Source of the DNA: a virus
Taxonomy: Duplodnaviria > Caudoviricetes
Strand: one strand, 5' to 3'
IMG/VR virus record: IMGVR_UViG_3300024232_000037
Location: 1-38,184 of that record
Length of the DNA stretch: 38,184 nt
Shown: piece by piece, positions 1 through 8,026 of the stretch
Numbering within the stretch: position 1 is the first letter of the stretch
Layout of the letters: each line of letters begins with the position of its first letter
Made by a program: the position numbers and the translations under genes
Notes under the pieces: generated by a model
Seen by the model: only the letters and a program-made list of their open reading frames with translations
Databases searched by the model: none
What the model was told of the DNA's origin: nothing

Positions 1-41
1 GCTGGGCTCGGGCGCCGATCGAGGCTGGCGCCACGTCCCTT

Positions 42-80
42 GGTGTGTGGTTTCTAACCGGGTGTGTGGTTGGGTGTCAA
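42..80 (-). promoter_or_regulatory. Sigma70-like promoter overlapped by two 11-bp direct repeats
   Basis: Minus strand TTGACA(80-75)-N18-TAGAAA(56-51); GGTGTGTGGTT at 42-52 and 61-71. Confidence 0.45.
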
Positions 81-203
81 GCGCCATCACTTCCACGGCT
101 TCGCCATCGACGATGGGGAACATCTTGAGGCGCGCTGTTGCCAGCCTTCGGGCGTCCTGCGCGGTGGTCGCAGGACTGCCGGCGGGCCGCGCTATGCCGT
201 AGG

Positions 204-446
204 TCATGGCACCCTGCCAACGCCGGGGCTGTGAGCGTCGCTGGCGGCGTCGGCCTGCATGGCGTCGTAGTAGGCGTCGGCGTCCTGGTAGCCGCCCTGT
301 AGCGCGCTCTGACGGGCGACGCGGGGCTCGGCGTAGATGGCGTGGCAGACCTCGGCGATCCGTTGGCGGGTGGCGAAGGCGACGGATGGCTCATTGCGCA
401 TGGCATCGGCGAGGATGAGGAGCAGCAGGCGTTCGTTGTCGGTCAC
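204..446 (-). CDS. Hypothetical protein (80 aa)
   Basis: GTG start with AGGAG SD; ATGA overlap with a following ORF starting at 207. Confidence 0.6.
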   Translation of the reverse strand: MTDNERLLLLILADAMRNEPSVAFATRQRIAEVCHAIYAEPRVARQSALQGGYQDADAYYDAMQADAASDAHSPGVGRVP

Positions 447-473
447 GGTGCGGCTCCTGCGTCTGGGCGGGTC

Positions 474-645
474 GCGTCAATTCCTGCGTCAATTCCTGCG
501 TCAATTCCGGGCGTTGTGCCTGCCATGTTGGGGGGCAGCGGGGATGGCTGCGTCAATTTTACAGGGCCTTTAGGCCCTGAATTGACGCACCCCGCCCCCC
601 GGCGGCCCAACGCTGCGTCAATTCTGCTGCAATTATGCGTCAATT
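474..645. repeat. Iteron array, probable replication origin
   Basis: GCGTCAATT at 474, 486, 498, 550, 615, 637 and inverted at 580-588; palindrome tgcgtcaatt..cagggcc-ttta-ggccctg-aattgacgca; directly downstream of the helicase gene. Confidence 0.75.
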
Positions 646-651
646 CTCGGG

Positions 652-1881
652 TCATTGATGCGGTCTCTTTCCGTCGTTGACGCGGACGCCAGTGCGGGCA
701 TTGCGGTGCTCATCCTTGAACGCCTCGCGGTAGAGCAACCCGGACTTAAGCCACTCTCCGATCATGTGACTTGCCTGCTTCTCGCCCATGCCGAGGTCAA
801 CCAGGACCTGACCTGCCCACCTCGAGTTGTCTCGGCCGGCTCGGGTCGGCGAGTAGAGCCAGCCAGCGGGCGGCGTGGCGATTATGTCGAGCGCCTCGTT
901 CAGTTGGGCGCCGGTCAGCTTCACGTCCACGACGGGGGGCGCCCAGACGGCAACGGCCGCTACGTTGTCGCCGTTTGGGTAGAGACCTTTGCCGTTTCCC
1001 AGGGCTTGCTGGGCCAGCCTGAACCAGCGCGCCTTACCGGCCGGCGCCATGTTGCGCTTGGCGTCGTCCAACCGGACATACTGCCATCGGTCCTCCTCGG
1101 AGACGCCGAACAGGTCGCCATCTTCCTTGGTCATGGGGGAAAGCAGGAGGCCGACGCGCGAGCTGTCGGTCAGGGCCTTGGCGCCACGGGCGGCATCGAT
1201 GCCTGACGCCTCCCCCTTGCGGACGTGATGGACCAGTAGGATCGCAGCGTCGGTGGCGCGGGCCACCCGGCGCCAGGCCGCGGCGGCTTTGACCATCTGT
1301 GGGTTGTTGTTCTCCTCGAGCGAGTGGCTTTCGGCGAACGGGTCGCAGATGATCAGGCCGATGTTGTTCGCCTTGACCTGCTCGATCATGGCAGCTTCGT
1401 CGGGGTGGATGATTGTGTATCCGTCATCACCGACTGCCGCCATGGTGAGGCCGCGGCCTTCGCTGTCGTCCAGGAACAGGTGCCCGTCGAGGTCGGGGCG
1501 GGCGATGTGGTGCTGGATCATCAGGGCGGCTAGCCGGCGCTCCAGCTCGTCCATCGGGTCTTCAAGGTTGATGATCGCGGCGTTGACGCGCTCGAATATC
1601 TTCTCGCCGAGGATGTCTTGGCCCGAGGCGCACGCCACACCGACGCCCATCGCATAGGACGACTTGCCGGTGCCGCCGGGAGCTACCAGGACGGTCACGA
1701 AGCCTCGCACGAGTTGGGTGCCATAGAGCCAGCGCCTGGGGTTGATCTTGCACGGGTCTGGAAGTCGTGCGGGGTGAAGGACCAAGGGAGGCCGTTCCTT
1801 GGCCTCGGCCCCACCAACGACACGAAGCTCGGGCTTGGATGCGCCGGCCGCGTATGCGTTCCAGATGGGTTCATGGTCCAT
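652..1881 (-). CDS. AAA_25 / RepA-like replicative helicase
   Basis: Walker A APGGTGKS, NLEDP, Walker B LIICDP, HHVRKG..ARGAKAL motifs; start taken at MDHEP. Confidence 0.88.
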   Translation of the reverse strand: MDHEPIWNAYAAGASKPELRVVGGAEAKERPPLVLHPARLPDPCKINPRRWLYGTQLVRGFVTVLVAPGGTGKSSYAMGVGVACASGQDILGEKIFERVNAAIINLEDPMDELERRLAALMIQHHIARPDLDGHLFLDDSEGRGLTMAAVGDDGYTIIHPDEAAMIEQVKANNIGLIICDPFAESHSLEENNNPQMVKAAAAWRRVARATDAAILLVHHVRKGEASGIDAARGAKALTDSSRVGLLLSPMTKEDGDLFGVSEEDRWQYVRLDDAKRNMAPAGKARWFRLAQQALGNGKGLYPNGDNVAAVAVWAPPVVDVKLTGAQLNEALDIIATPPAGWLYSPTRAGRDNSRWAGQVLVDLGMGEKQASHMIGEWLKSGLLYREAFKDEHRNARTGVRVNDGKRPHQ

Positions 1882-2341
1882 AGCGCCGCTTCCTTGGCGC
1901 ATCTGGCAGTGCATCCCACACCGTCGCTGCGGCGTGATCGTTAACCTCCCCTTCGGTCAGGTGAAACCCTGTTGCGCCGTTAACCCCATGGGCTTCGGCG
2001 AGTATGGCGTTCTTCGGCGCCTGCCGGGCGATCAACGGCTTGATCGTATCGGCGAGCTGGCGGCGCACATCGTCGCCGATCTTCCGGCGCCATCGGACGT
2101 GGTTGCGCAGCGTCTGCCATGCGGCCTCGAGCAGCGCGTCAGGATCAGGCAGCTTGGCGGCCTCGATTGCCAGAGCGGCGTAGGCTTGGCTGCCGGTCAT
2201 GTGCCCTCGCATCACGGGCTTCGCCATGGAACCAGCCAGGGCGTGTACTGCGTCGTGGTCAGGGTCTGGCACCAACGCGCGCAATTTGGGCGGCAGGCTG
2301 TCGCGGGCGGCGCGGCGCTCGGTGATGGTAAGTTTGGTCAC
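1871..2341 (-). CDS. Hypothetical helical protein upstream of helicase (possible replication accessory)
   Basis: GTG start with GAGGTGG SD; overlaps helicase start. Confidence 0.65.
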   Translation of the reverse strand: MTKLTITERRAARDSLPPKLRALVPDPDHDAVHALAGSMAKPVMRGHMTGSQAYAALAIEAAKLPDPDALLEAAWQTLRNHVRWRRKIGDDVRRQLADTIKPLIARQAPKNAILAEAHGVNGATGFHLTEGEVNDHAAATVWDALPDAPRKRRYGP

Positions 2342-2410
2342 TGCCCACCACCTCGAGGTGACGGCAGGGGTGCGGGCAAGCAGGCCGATTGCCATAGGCG
2401 TACTCCGGGC

Positions 2411-2533
2411 TTGCGGCCTGGAGGCAGTTTCGCTAGAACATGGGGATCGACTTCCTGTTCAAGCGCCCCTGTCCGGGCCGCGAATGAGACACAGGCCCTC
2501 GGATGGTTCCAGCCTCCGGGGGCTTCCTCGTTT
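2411..2533 (+). ncRNA. Putative antisense sRNA unit (promoter plus terminator-like hairpin)
   Basis: TTGCGG-N17-TAGAAC (2411-2439); hairpin 2495-2523 with a G-U pair valid only on + strand, then ttcctcgttt. Confidence 0.4.
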
Positions 2534-2638
2534 GTGCCACGTAATGCGCTGAGTCGGAAGGGCTTTCCCTCCGTCCCTTGCCACGAATCCGTTGCGTCGC
2601 GTGCGGTCAGACCGGTTTGCAACCGGGAGGACCAAGGC

Positions 2639-2953
2639 GTGCGCGATCCCATCGACAAGATGCAGCCGTGGACCATCAAGTCGATGTCCACCGAGGCGCG
2701 TGACATGGCCGTCATAGCGGCGCGACGCGAGGGGCTGACGGTCGGCCAGTGGCTCGAGCGGGTGATCCGCGAGGCGGCGTCGGACCAGGTTGCAAACAAG
2801 TCTGCCCCGGACGTGGTGCGCCTGGCGCCGCTGGTGGCGTCGATGCCCCGCTGGCTGCGGGCGGCGCTCTGGCGTCGGGTGGCGGGCGAGCTCGGCGTCC
2901 AGGCTCCGGCCGGGCGGCCACGCAAGGCGCTGCAGGGGCCTGACGCGCGATAA
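2639..2953 (+). CDS. Ribbon-helix-helix protein resembling the PodJ N-terminal segment
   Basis: GGGAGG SD + GTG; PWTIKSMSTEARDMAVIAARREGLTVGQWLERVI. Confidence 0.7.
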   Translation: MRDPIDKMQPWTIKSMSTEARDMAVIAARREGLTVGQWLERVIREAASDQVANKSAPDVVRLAPLVASMPRWLRAALWRRVAGELGVQAPAGRPRKALQGPDAR

Positions 2954-2984
2954 CCCGCCTTATCGCGCCTGGTGGAATTGTAAG

Positions 2985-4386
2985 TCATGCGGCCTCCACC
3001 TCGGCGAACATACCGGCATCTGCCTCGAGGCGGCGCCGTGCCATGGCGCAGTATTCGGGGGAAAGCTCGATCCCTATGGCGTGGCGCTGGAGGCGATCTG
3101 CAACGACTAAGGTCGTAGCCGCGCCGGAAAACGGATCGAGGACGGTGCAGGGAACCACGGCGGCGTCGCACTGGCAGGTCGGCGCCCAGCCGGTGGTGGT
3201 GCGCTCCAATACGCCGTTAGCGGCATAGAACGAGCCACGCACGCCGGCATCAATGCGATTGTCTGGCATCATAGGCTCGCCGTCGTCGCCCACGGCATGA
3301 CGCTGCCCCGCTGGCACGATTACGCTGCGACCGTCCGGCGCTGTTCGAGCCTGCATACGTTGCCAAGGCGCCCCGCACGCCGCGCAGCAGCCGCGCTCGG
3401 ACGTGCCTGCGCGGATCAGTGGCTCCACTAGACGCGGCGGGAATGTCGCGAAGTGACTTTCGTTGAAAGCGGCTGGGTTCACGTCCAGCGCCAGCGGCTC
3501 GCCGTCCGACAGGATCATGCCGTAGGGCGGCTCCAGGCTGTCGAAGAACAAGTCGCTGTTTCGGAAGTTGCGGGTGCCGGAATAGACCGCATACTCGGGC
3601 GGCCGACCGTTGGCGTGCTTCGCGCGTTCGGCGCTGCCCTTAGCGGCTAGGGTGCCAGCAGGGATAGCGCCTTCACGAGCCACCGCCTGCGCGTCCCAGA
3701 AGTAGCACGGGGATTTGGTGAGCAGGTAGACATACTCGATGGCACTCGTTGGTCGGTCGGTCGTGCTCTCCGGCATGCACGACCGCTTGATCCACGGCAT
3801 CTGCGATCGAACGAACCACCCATCGGCCTGCAACGCGAGCGCCACGCGGGCGGGCATTAGCATCAGGTCCTTGGGCTTGGCGTCGCCCATCCCGAACTGT
3901 CTTGCTTCAAAGAAGCTGCCGACGTTCGTTGCCTGCTTCAGCGTTGCGCCGCCGCTTCCCTTAGTGCCGGATGCGTAGCTATCCCCAAGGTTCAGCCAGA
4001 GCGTGCCATCCGGCCGCAGGACCCTTCGCACCTCGCGAAACACCGCGACCATCTGCGCGATGTATTCGTCGGGCGTGGCCTCCAGGCCGATCTGCGCGTC
4101 GATGCGACGGGCGCCGCACTTGCCGCAGACGGAGCGATATGGAACCCCAGGCACTTTATGGTGGGCGAGAATGCCAGGGTTTGGGCGCCCGTCGTTCATC
4201 AGCGTTGAGGCGCCAATCGAACGCTCAGCTATGTGCTGGCAGTCCTTATCCCCGCCATCCCACTGCGCCGTACCGTAGTCTCTAAGTCCGAAAGTAAGGC
4301 GGAGACGTGACAACACAATGGACACTGTTGCTAGGCAACGTCGGCAGCACTTGCCGGCAATCCCCGGTTAATATCTTGACACTCAT
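2985..4386 (-). CDS. Beta-class N4-C/N6-A DNA methyltransferase, split by a +1 frameshift near 4291
   Basis: AAGGAG+ATG at 4386 gives MSVKILTGDCRQVLPTLPSNSVHCVVTSPPYF, then TAG at 4284-4282; +1 frame continues GLRDYG..IGLEATP..WLNLGDSY..HFATFPP..VLDPFSGAATT. Confidence 0.85.
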
Positions 4387-4957
4387 CCGCTACTCCTTTC
4401 ACCCCGACAGAGTTGAGTTGCTTGCCTTTGAGATACAGGGCTTCACAGGCGGCAACGTGTTCGTCGGTGTGGCCCATTGTGCGGACTGTGACGACCTTGC
4501 CAGTCCAATGAGGCATAGTGCGCGTCCCAAGAGGCTTGGTCCGCTTCGCCCCATCAATGAGCATGTAAAGAGCCAGACAATTCTCGGCTTGCTTCCTCTT
4601 GATCCGCAAATATGGCAGCAACATCCGCAACATAGCCGCTGCCTGCCTGCTATGAATTTCCCAATAGTAGAATGGACGCCCATTTTTCAGGCTGGATCGC
4701 TCGATCATAAGCGAGCCACCAAACGCGCCTTTCATTAACTGGACAGCATCTGGCTCAACCTGCTTGACGCACACTCTCGCCGAATAGATCGGATTATGGG
4801 CATCGCCCCTAACCCGCTTCGCGTAGGTGCTTCTACGTATCCCGATACTTCCGTCACTATCAATCACACCAGCGGAATAGGCCAGTATTTCATTCGGTAT
4901 GTTTGTCATTCCGGCACTATACCGGAGCATAGTGACATTATCCACAGTATAATTAGC
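4290..4957 (-). mobile_element. Free-standing HEG cassette inserted into the MTase 5' end
   Basis: AT-richer segment between the original MIRIIQGDA start and the resumed MTase; carries promoter-like TGGATA-N17-TATAGT and a new MTase start; boundaries approximate. Confidence 0.7.
4331..4909 (-). CDS. LAGLIDADG homing endonuclease (single motif)
   Basis: LAYSAGVIDSDGSIGI, FGGS, LLPYLRIKRKQA; also in frame with the vestigial MTase start GTG at 4981. Confidence 0.88.
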   Translation of the reverse strand: MTNIPNEILAYSAGVIDSDGSIGIRRSTYAKRVRGDAHNPIYSARVCVKQVEPDAVQLMKGAFGGSLMIERSSLKNGRPFYYWEIHSRQAAAMLRMLLPYLRIKRKQAENCLALYMLIDGAKRTKPLGTRTMPHWTGKVVTVRTMGHTDEHVAACEALYLKGKQLNSVGVKGVADECQDINRGLPASAADVA

Positions 4958-4977
4958 GTCGCCCTGGATGATGCGGA

Positions 4978-5274
4978 TCACGCCGCCGTCCCCGCTGGCG
5001 CCGTCTCGCTGAACGTCAGCGTCGGCGATCCGACGCGCGCCTCGCAGTGCCACTCGCCTGCGTATTCGGTGCAGCGGCCTCGCCAGGCGCCATCCCGCAG
5101 CGTGAGCAGGCCCTGGCCGATCAAGTGCTTGCCGAAGCTCCACAGCCCGACCGTCATCTCAGTGTCGGTGAGCTTCTGGGTTCTGACCAGGATGTCGGGA
5201 TCGGGGTGGCCGGTCAGCGCGCCCTCGCCAGTGCCGGGGCCGATGCTGCGCATGGTGGCGCGGGGGAGGGTCAT
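4978..5274 (-). CDS. Hypothetical protein
   Basis: ATGA/GTGA overlaps at both ends. Confidence 0.65.
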   Translation of the reverse strand: MTLPRATMRSIGPGTGEGALTGHPDPDILVRTQKLTDTEMTVGLWSFGKHLIGQGLLTLRDGAWRGRCTEYAGEWHCEARVGSPTLTFSETAPAGTAA

Positions 5275-5684
5275 GCCGCTACCCTGCCCCTCAGGCCGAT
5301 GCCAGCCGCGCCGACCGCATCCAGGGCATCGGTCACTGAGCGGCAGACTGCGACGGGGAACCCGGCCGCTGCCAGCTGCGGATGTAACTCGCGCTGCGCC
5401 GGAGACAGCGCCCCGCCCCGCGACCGCTTCAATTCGATGAGCGCGACGCATTCGTTGTGGAACACCCCGATGTCGGGCCAGCCCGGCAGAGCGTGGAGCC
5501 GCTTCCTGCGGGCGCCCTCGATGGCGCTGGAGGCGTTGCGCAGCTCCCAGGTCGTGAACACCGCCCCCGGTGGCAGCAGCCGCCACAGCGCGTCCGTAAC
5601 AGCTTGGTGCAGGTCGTTCTCAGGCACCACGGGAGCCGTCAGCCGGAACGGGCGCTTCTGCTCGCTGGCGGCGGCGCGGGTCAT
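5271..5684 (-). CDS. VRR-NUC (PD-(D/E)XK) nuclease, likely Holliday junction resolvase-type
   Basis: ENDLH, PGWPDIGV, LIELKRSRGGALSPAQ, GFPVAVCRS. Confidence 0.85.
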   Translation of the reverse strand: MTRAAASEQKRPFRLTAPVVPENDLHQAVTDALWRLLPPGAVFTTWELRNASSAIEGARRKRLHALPGWPDIGVFHNECVALIELKRSRGGALSPAQRELHPQLAAAGFPVAVCRSVTDALDAVGAAGIGLRGRVAA

Positions 5685-5917
5685 GCCACCCTCCGGTGAT
5701 GGTCCTGGCGGAAGTCGTCCAGCGCCGCAGCGGCAAGTCGCTTGCGGTCCTGCTCGACCTTCCTGCGCCGCGTCTGCATCTCTGTGATCCGGTCGTGGTT
5801 CAACGCCCGCCGGATGCGCTCGCATTCGCTGCACGACCGCGCGCCGTCAGCCTTCCAACGGAACGAGCCCTCGACGTAGGTATGGCCGCGGTGACAGGCG
5901 GCTCTGAGAACCTTCAT
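5681..5917 (-). CDS. Small Zn-binding protein
   Basis: CHRGH...RSCSEC; coupled starts/stops. Confidence 0.65.
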   Translation of the reverse strand: MKVLRAACHRGHTYVEGSFRWKADGARSCSECERIRRALNHDRITEMQTRRRKVEQDRKRLAAAALDDFRQDHHRRVA

Positions 5918-6540
5918 GCCGCCACCCGGAACTGAGCGAGCTTCGGCGTGCGGATGTAGCAGCGAGCGTAACATTCCGGGCAGTACGAGGAGCCGGGCTT
6001 GGTCAGTTTTCCGCAGAACTGGGGATTGTGGGGATCGTCGTTGAAGATGAACTGGCACGTCTTATGCGGCGAGGGAGGCATCTGCGACGGCTTGGGCTCG
6101 GGTGCCCGCTGTATCGGCCTAGGAGGCGCCTTAGGCGGCGCGGACCACAGCGACCAGTCAAACACCGGGGCGTCGATCGGAGGCAGCGTGCGCCCGCTCA
6201 GAGCGACACGGGCCAGGCGTTGCGGCAATCCTTGTGGCGTGCGCGTCCTGACCTTGCCGGAACCTTTGAGCCTGATCGGCGAGGGGCGTGCCGGCAGCGG
6301 AATGCGCCGCCGCAGTGAGACGATGACATTGACCGAGACGCCAAGCTCCAACGCGATCACAGCCACCTTCTCGCCAGCGTGCCACATGACCGCCAGCCGG
6401 TCTTTCATTCCCTGAGTGTGAACCACCTTGACGCCGAAGTTGTGGATTGAGCGGCAGTGCGGCGAGCACACCACCGTCTGGAGGTGTGAGAGCACATCGC
6501 CGCACACCAGACAGCGGCCTCGGTCGGCTCTTGCTCTCAT
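5914..6540 (-). CDS. gcrA: GcrA-like transcription regulator with extra N-terminal Zn finger
   Basis: HTH LAVMWHAGEKVAVIALELGVSVNVIV; Pro-rich linker; C-terminal TCQF..DP..FCG..PGSSYCPEC. Confidence 0.75.
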   Translation of the reverse strand: MRARADRGRCLVCGDVLSHLQTVVCSPHCRSIHNFGVKVVHTQGMKDRLAVMWHAGEKVAVIALELGVSVNVIVSLRRRIPLPARPSPIRLKGSGKVRTRTPQGLPQRLARVALSGRTLPPIDAPVFDWSLWSAPPKAPPRPIQRAPEPKPSQMPPSPHKTCQFIFNDDPHNPQFCGKLTKPGSSYCPECYARCYIRTPKLAQFRVAA

Positions 6541-6599
6541 CGCCTGTCCCTCCACCGCTGGATACAGCGGGCCATTTGGTAGTGCAGCGTGCCCATCAT
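6537..6599 (-). CDS. 20-aa coupling micro-ORF
   Basis: MMGTLHYQMARCIQRWRDRR, ATGA overlaps with both neighbours. Confidence 0.4.
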   Translation of the reverse strand: MMGTLHYQMARCIQRWRDRR

Positions 6600-6991
6600 G
6601 CGGCGCACTGCAGCGCGTACGTCCCAGACCCAGGCGCGCATTTGGCGACCCCCAGCGGCAGTTCGAGCTGCCTTTGCCGTTCACGGATTTCCTCGGCCTT
6701 GGCGTGGCACCGCGCCGCAGCGCGCATGTGTTCGTCGCCGAGGTGGACCAGCACGCGGATGGTGCCGGCGGCGATCCACGATTGCTGTTCTGTGGTTACT
6801 TGAACCGGCTCGTCTTGGTAGTAGAGATGCCGGACGCGACGCGCGGCCAGGCGCATTTTTCTCGCGACTTCGCCTAGTGCGGTATGTGTCCCTAAGCCGA
6901 TGCGTCGCAGTTCACCAACCAACGTGTGCAGGTCAGTGACTGCCAATGCCAGAAGATCGGGACGGCACTCTTTTGTCCTACGGATGCTCAC
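6596..6991 (-). CDS. Putative CII-like regulator
   Basis: AGGAG SD; position after Cro; HTH-like EVARKMRLAARRVRHLYY. Confidence 0.5.
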   Translation of the reverse strand: MSIRRTKECRPDLLALAVTDLHTLVGELRRIGLGTHTALGEVARKMRLAARRVRHLYYQDEPVQVTTEQQSWIAAGTIRVLVHLGDEHMRAAARCHAKAEEIRERQRQLELPLGVAKCAPGSGTYALQCAA

Positions 6992-7000
6992 GGCACACTC

Positions 7001-7234
7001 CTATGTTCTGCCCATGAGACGATGCCGTTCCCGATCCAAAGAAATGCCCGGCGCTTGTTGGTTGCTCGGTAAGCGCCGGGCGAGTTTGGTCGGAGGAGGA
7101 AACGTCCAGTCTGTGGCCACTGTCCCGGCCACACTCGGGTCGTTCTGCACGGCGACGCAGCTCAGCCGCACCGCGAGGCACGCGATGGGCACGCTCAGCA
7201 CCCACCAGGCGGCGATGGCGATGGCCCAGGTCAT
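7001..7234 (-). CDS. Small membrane-anchored hypothetical protein
   Basis: ATGA overlap with Cro stop; hydrophobic N-terminus; 3' part overlaps the sRNA. Confidence 0.45.
   Translation of the reverse strand: MTWAIAIAAWWVLSVPIACLAVRLSCVAVQNDPSVAGTVATDWTFPPPTKLARRLPSNQQAPGISLDRERHRLMGRT
7038..7112 (-). ncRNA. suhB/MmgR (alpha-r8)-like sRNA with terminator
   Basis: UGGACGUUUCCUCCUCC..AAACU, then GC-rich hairpin GCCCGGCGCUU..AAGCGCCGGGC and AUUUCUUU. Confidence 0.6.
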
Positions 7235-7485
7235 GCGGCGCACTCGACTGGCGTCGGTGGCGGTGGAGCGTCGTCTGTTGCTGGCGGGCGCCGGGGGATG
7301 TGGCGTAGCAGCCGCGCCGTGATGCCCATGCGAGCGCCTAGGGCTGACACCTCGATGTCGGGCCAGTACTTCGGCGGAATACCCCGCTTCGGCCAGTGGA
7401 CCGCCATCTGCGGATCAACGCCGATTGCTCGCGCCAGAGCTGGCAATCCACCAAACGCCTGGATAACATCGTAATGCGACCGCAT
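7231..7485 (-). CDS. cro: Cro-like repressor
   Basis: VIQAFGGLPALARAIGVDPQMAVHWPKRGIPPKYW; divergent from CI-like gene. Confidence 0.8.
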   Translation of the reverse strand: MRSHYDVIQAFGGLPALARAIGVDPQMAVHWPKRGIPPKYWPDIEVSALGARMGITARLLRHIPRRPPATDDAPPPPTPVECAA

Positions 7486-7569
7486 GGGACCATATTACGA
7501 CTACCTGTCGTTGACGCAAGCGTTATTCCGTTGTTGGCGTCTAAAAAGACAAATCGTCATTATGTGGGC
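7486..7569. promoter_or_regulatory. Divergent promoters and OR-like operators
   Basis: Minus TTGCGT-N16-TAATAT 6 nt before cro ATG; operators ACGAC-N5-GTCGT (7497-7511) and AAGAC-N5-GTCAT (7546-7560). Confidence 0.65.
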
Positions 7570-7911
7570 ATGGGACGCCCCGGTAGGACAGTCGCAGACA
7601 AGGCCCTTATGGCAGCGGCAGGGCAGCGCCTACGTTGGGTGCGCGAGGTCCTGGGGATGAGCCAAGCGCAGATCGCCGAGGCAGTCGGCATCACGCAAAG
7701 CGCCTGGAGCCTTTACGAGCTAGGGAAGCGGTGGCCCGACCAATTCGAGGCCCCACGGCTGGCATCTAAGCTAAAGATAAGCCTAGATTATATGCTCAAT
7801 GGCTCCCTCGACGAGGTCGAGCGCGAGCTGGCCATCCGCCTCGCCGCAAGGCATCCAGAGCTTGTATTCCCCAGCGACACGGTAGACTGCACGGACACAA
7901 TCCCGGCTTAG
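7570..7911 (+). CDS. cI: CI-like XRE-family repressor lacking an S24 peptidase domain
   Basis: GQRLRWVREVLGMSQAQIAEAVGITQSAWSLYELGKR..ISLDYMLNG; apparently leaderless. Confidence 0.85.
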   Translation: MGRPGRTVADKALMAAAGQRLRWVREVLGMSQAQIAEAVGITQSAWSLYELGKRWPDQFEAPRLASKLKISLDYMLNGSLDEVERELAIRLAARHPELVFPSDTVDCTDTIPA

Positions 7912-7958
7912 GGCACACTTTCAGGGGTGTGTTGATGTCCACAAATTCGCCGTGAGCA

Positions 7959-8001
7959 ACAACAGATAGTCTTGCATCGGTCGGACTAAATGTCGTAAGG
8001 T
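7959..8001 (+). promoter_or_regulatory. PL-like promoter with OL-like operators
   Basis: TTGCAT-N18-TAAGGT (7972-8001); ACAAC-N5-GTCTT (7959-7973) and CGGAC-N5-GTCGT (7982-7996). Confidence 0.65.
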
Positions 8002-8026
8002 GTTCCTCGACATCGAGGAAACCGTC

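Noticed and set aside
474-506. 12-bp tandem repeats as a CRISPR array
   Set aside because: No spacers, repeats too short, no cas genes; fits iterons
1799-2638. 384-aa + strand ORF 1799-2953
   Set aside because: Only the part from GTG 2639 has an SD and protein-like sequence; the rest is antisense shadow
4331-4981. Intein or group I intron in the methyltransferase
   Set aside because: No intein terminal residues, the ORF has its own stop, there is no room for a ribozyme core, and the MTase N-terminus is duplicated rather than split
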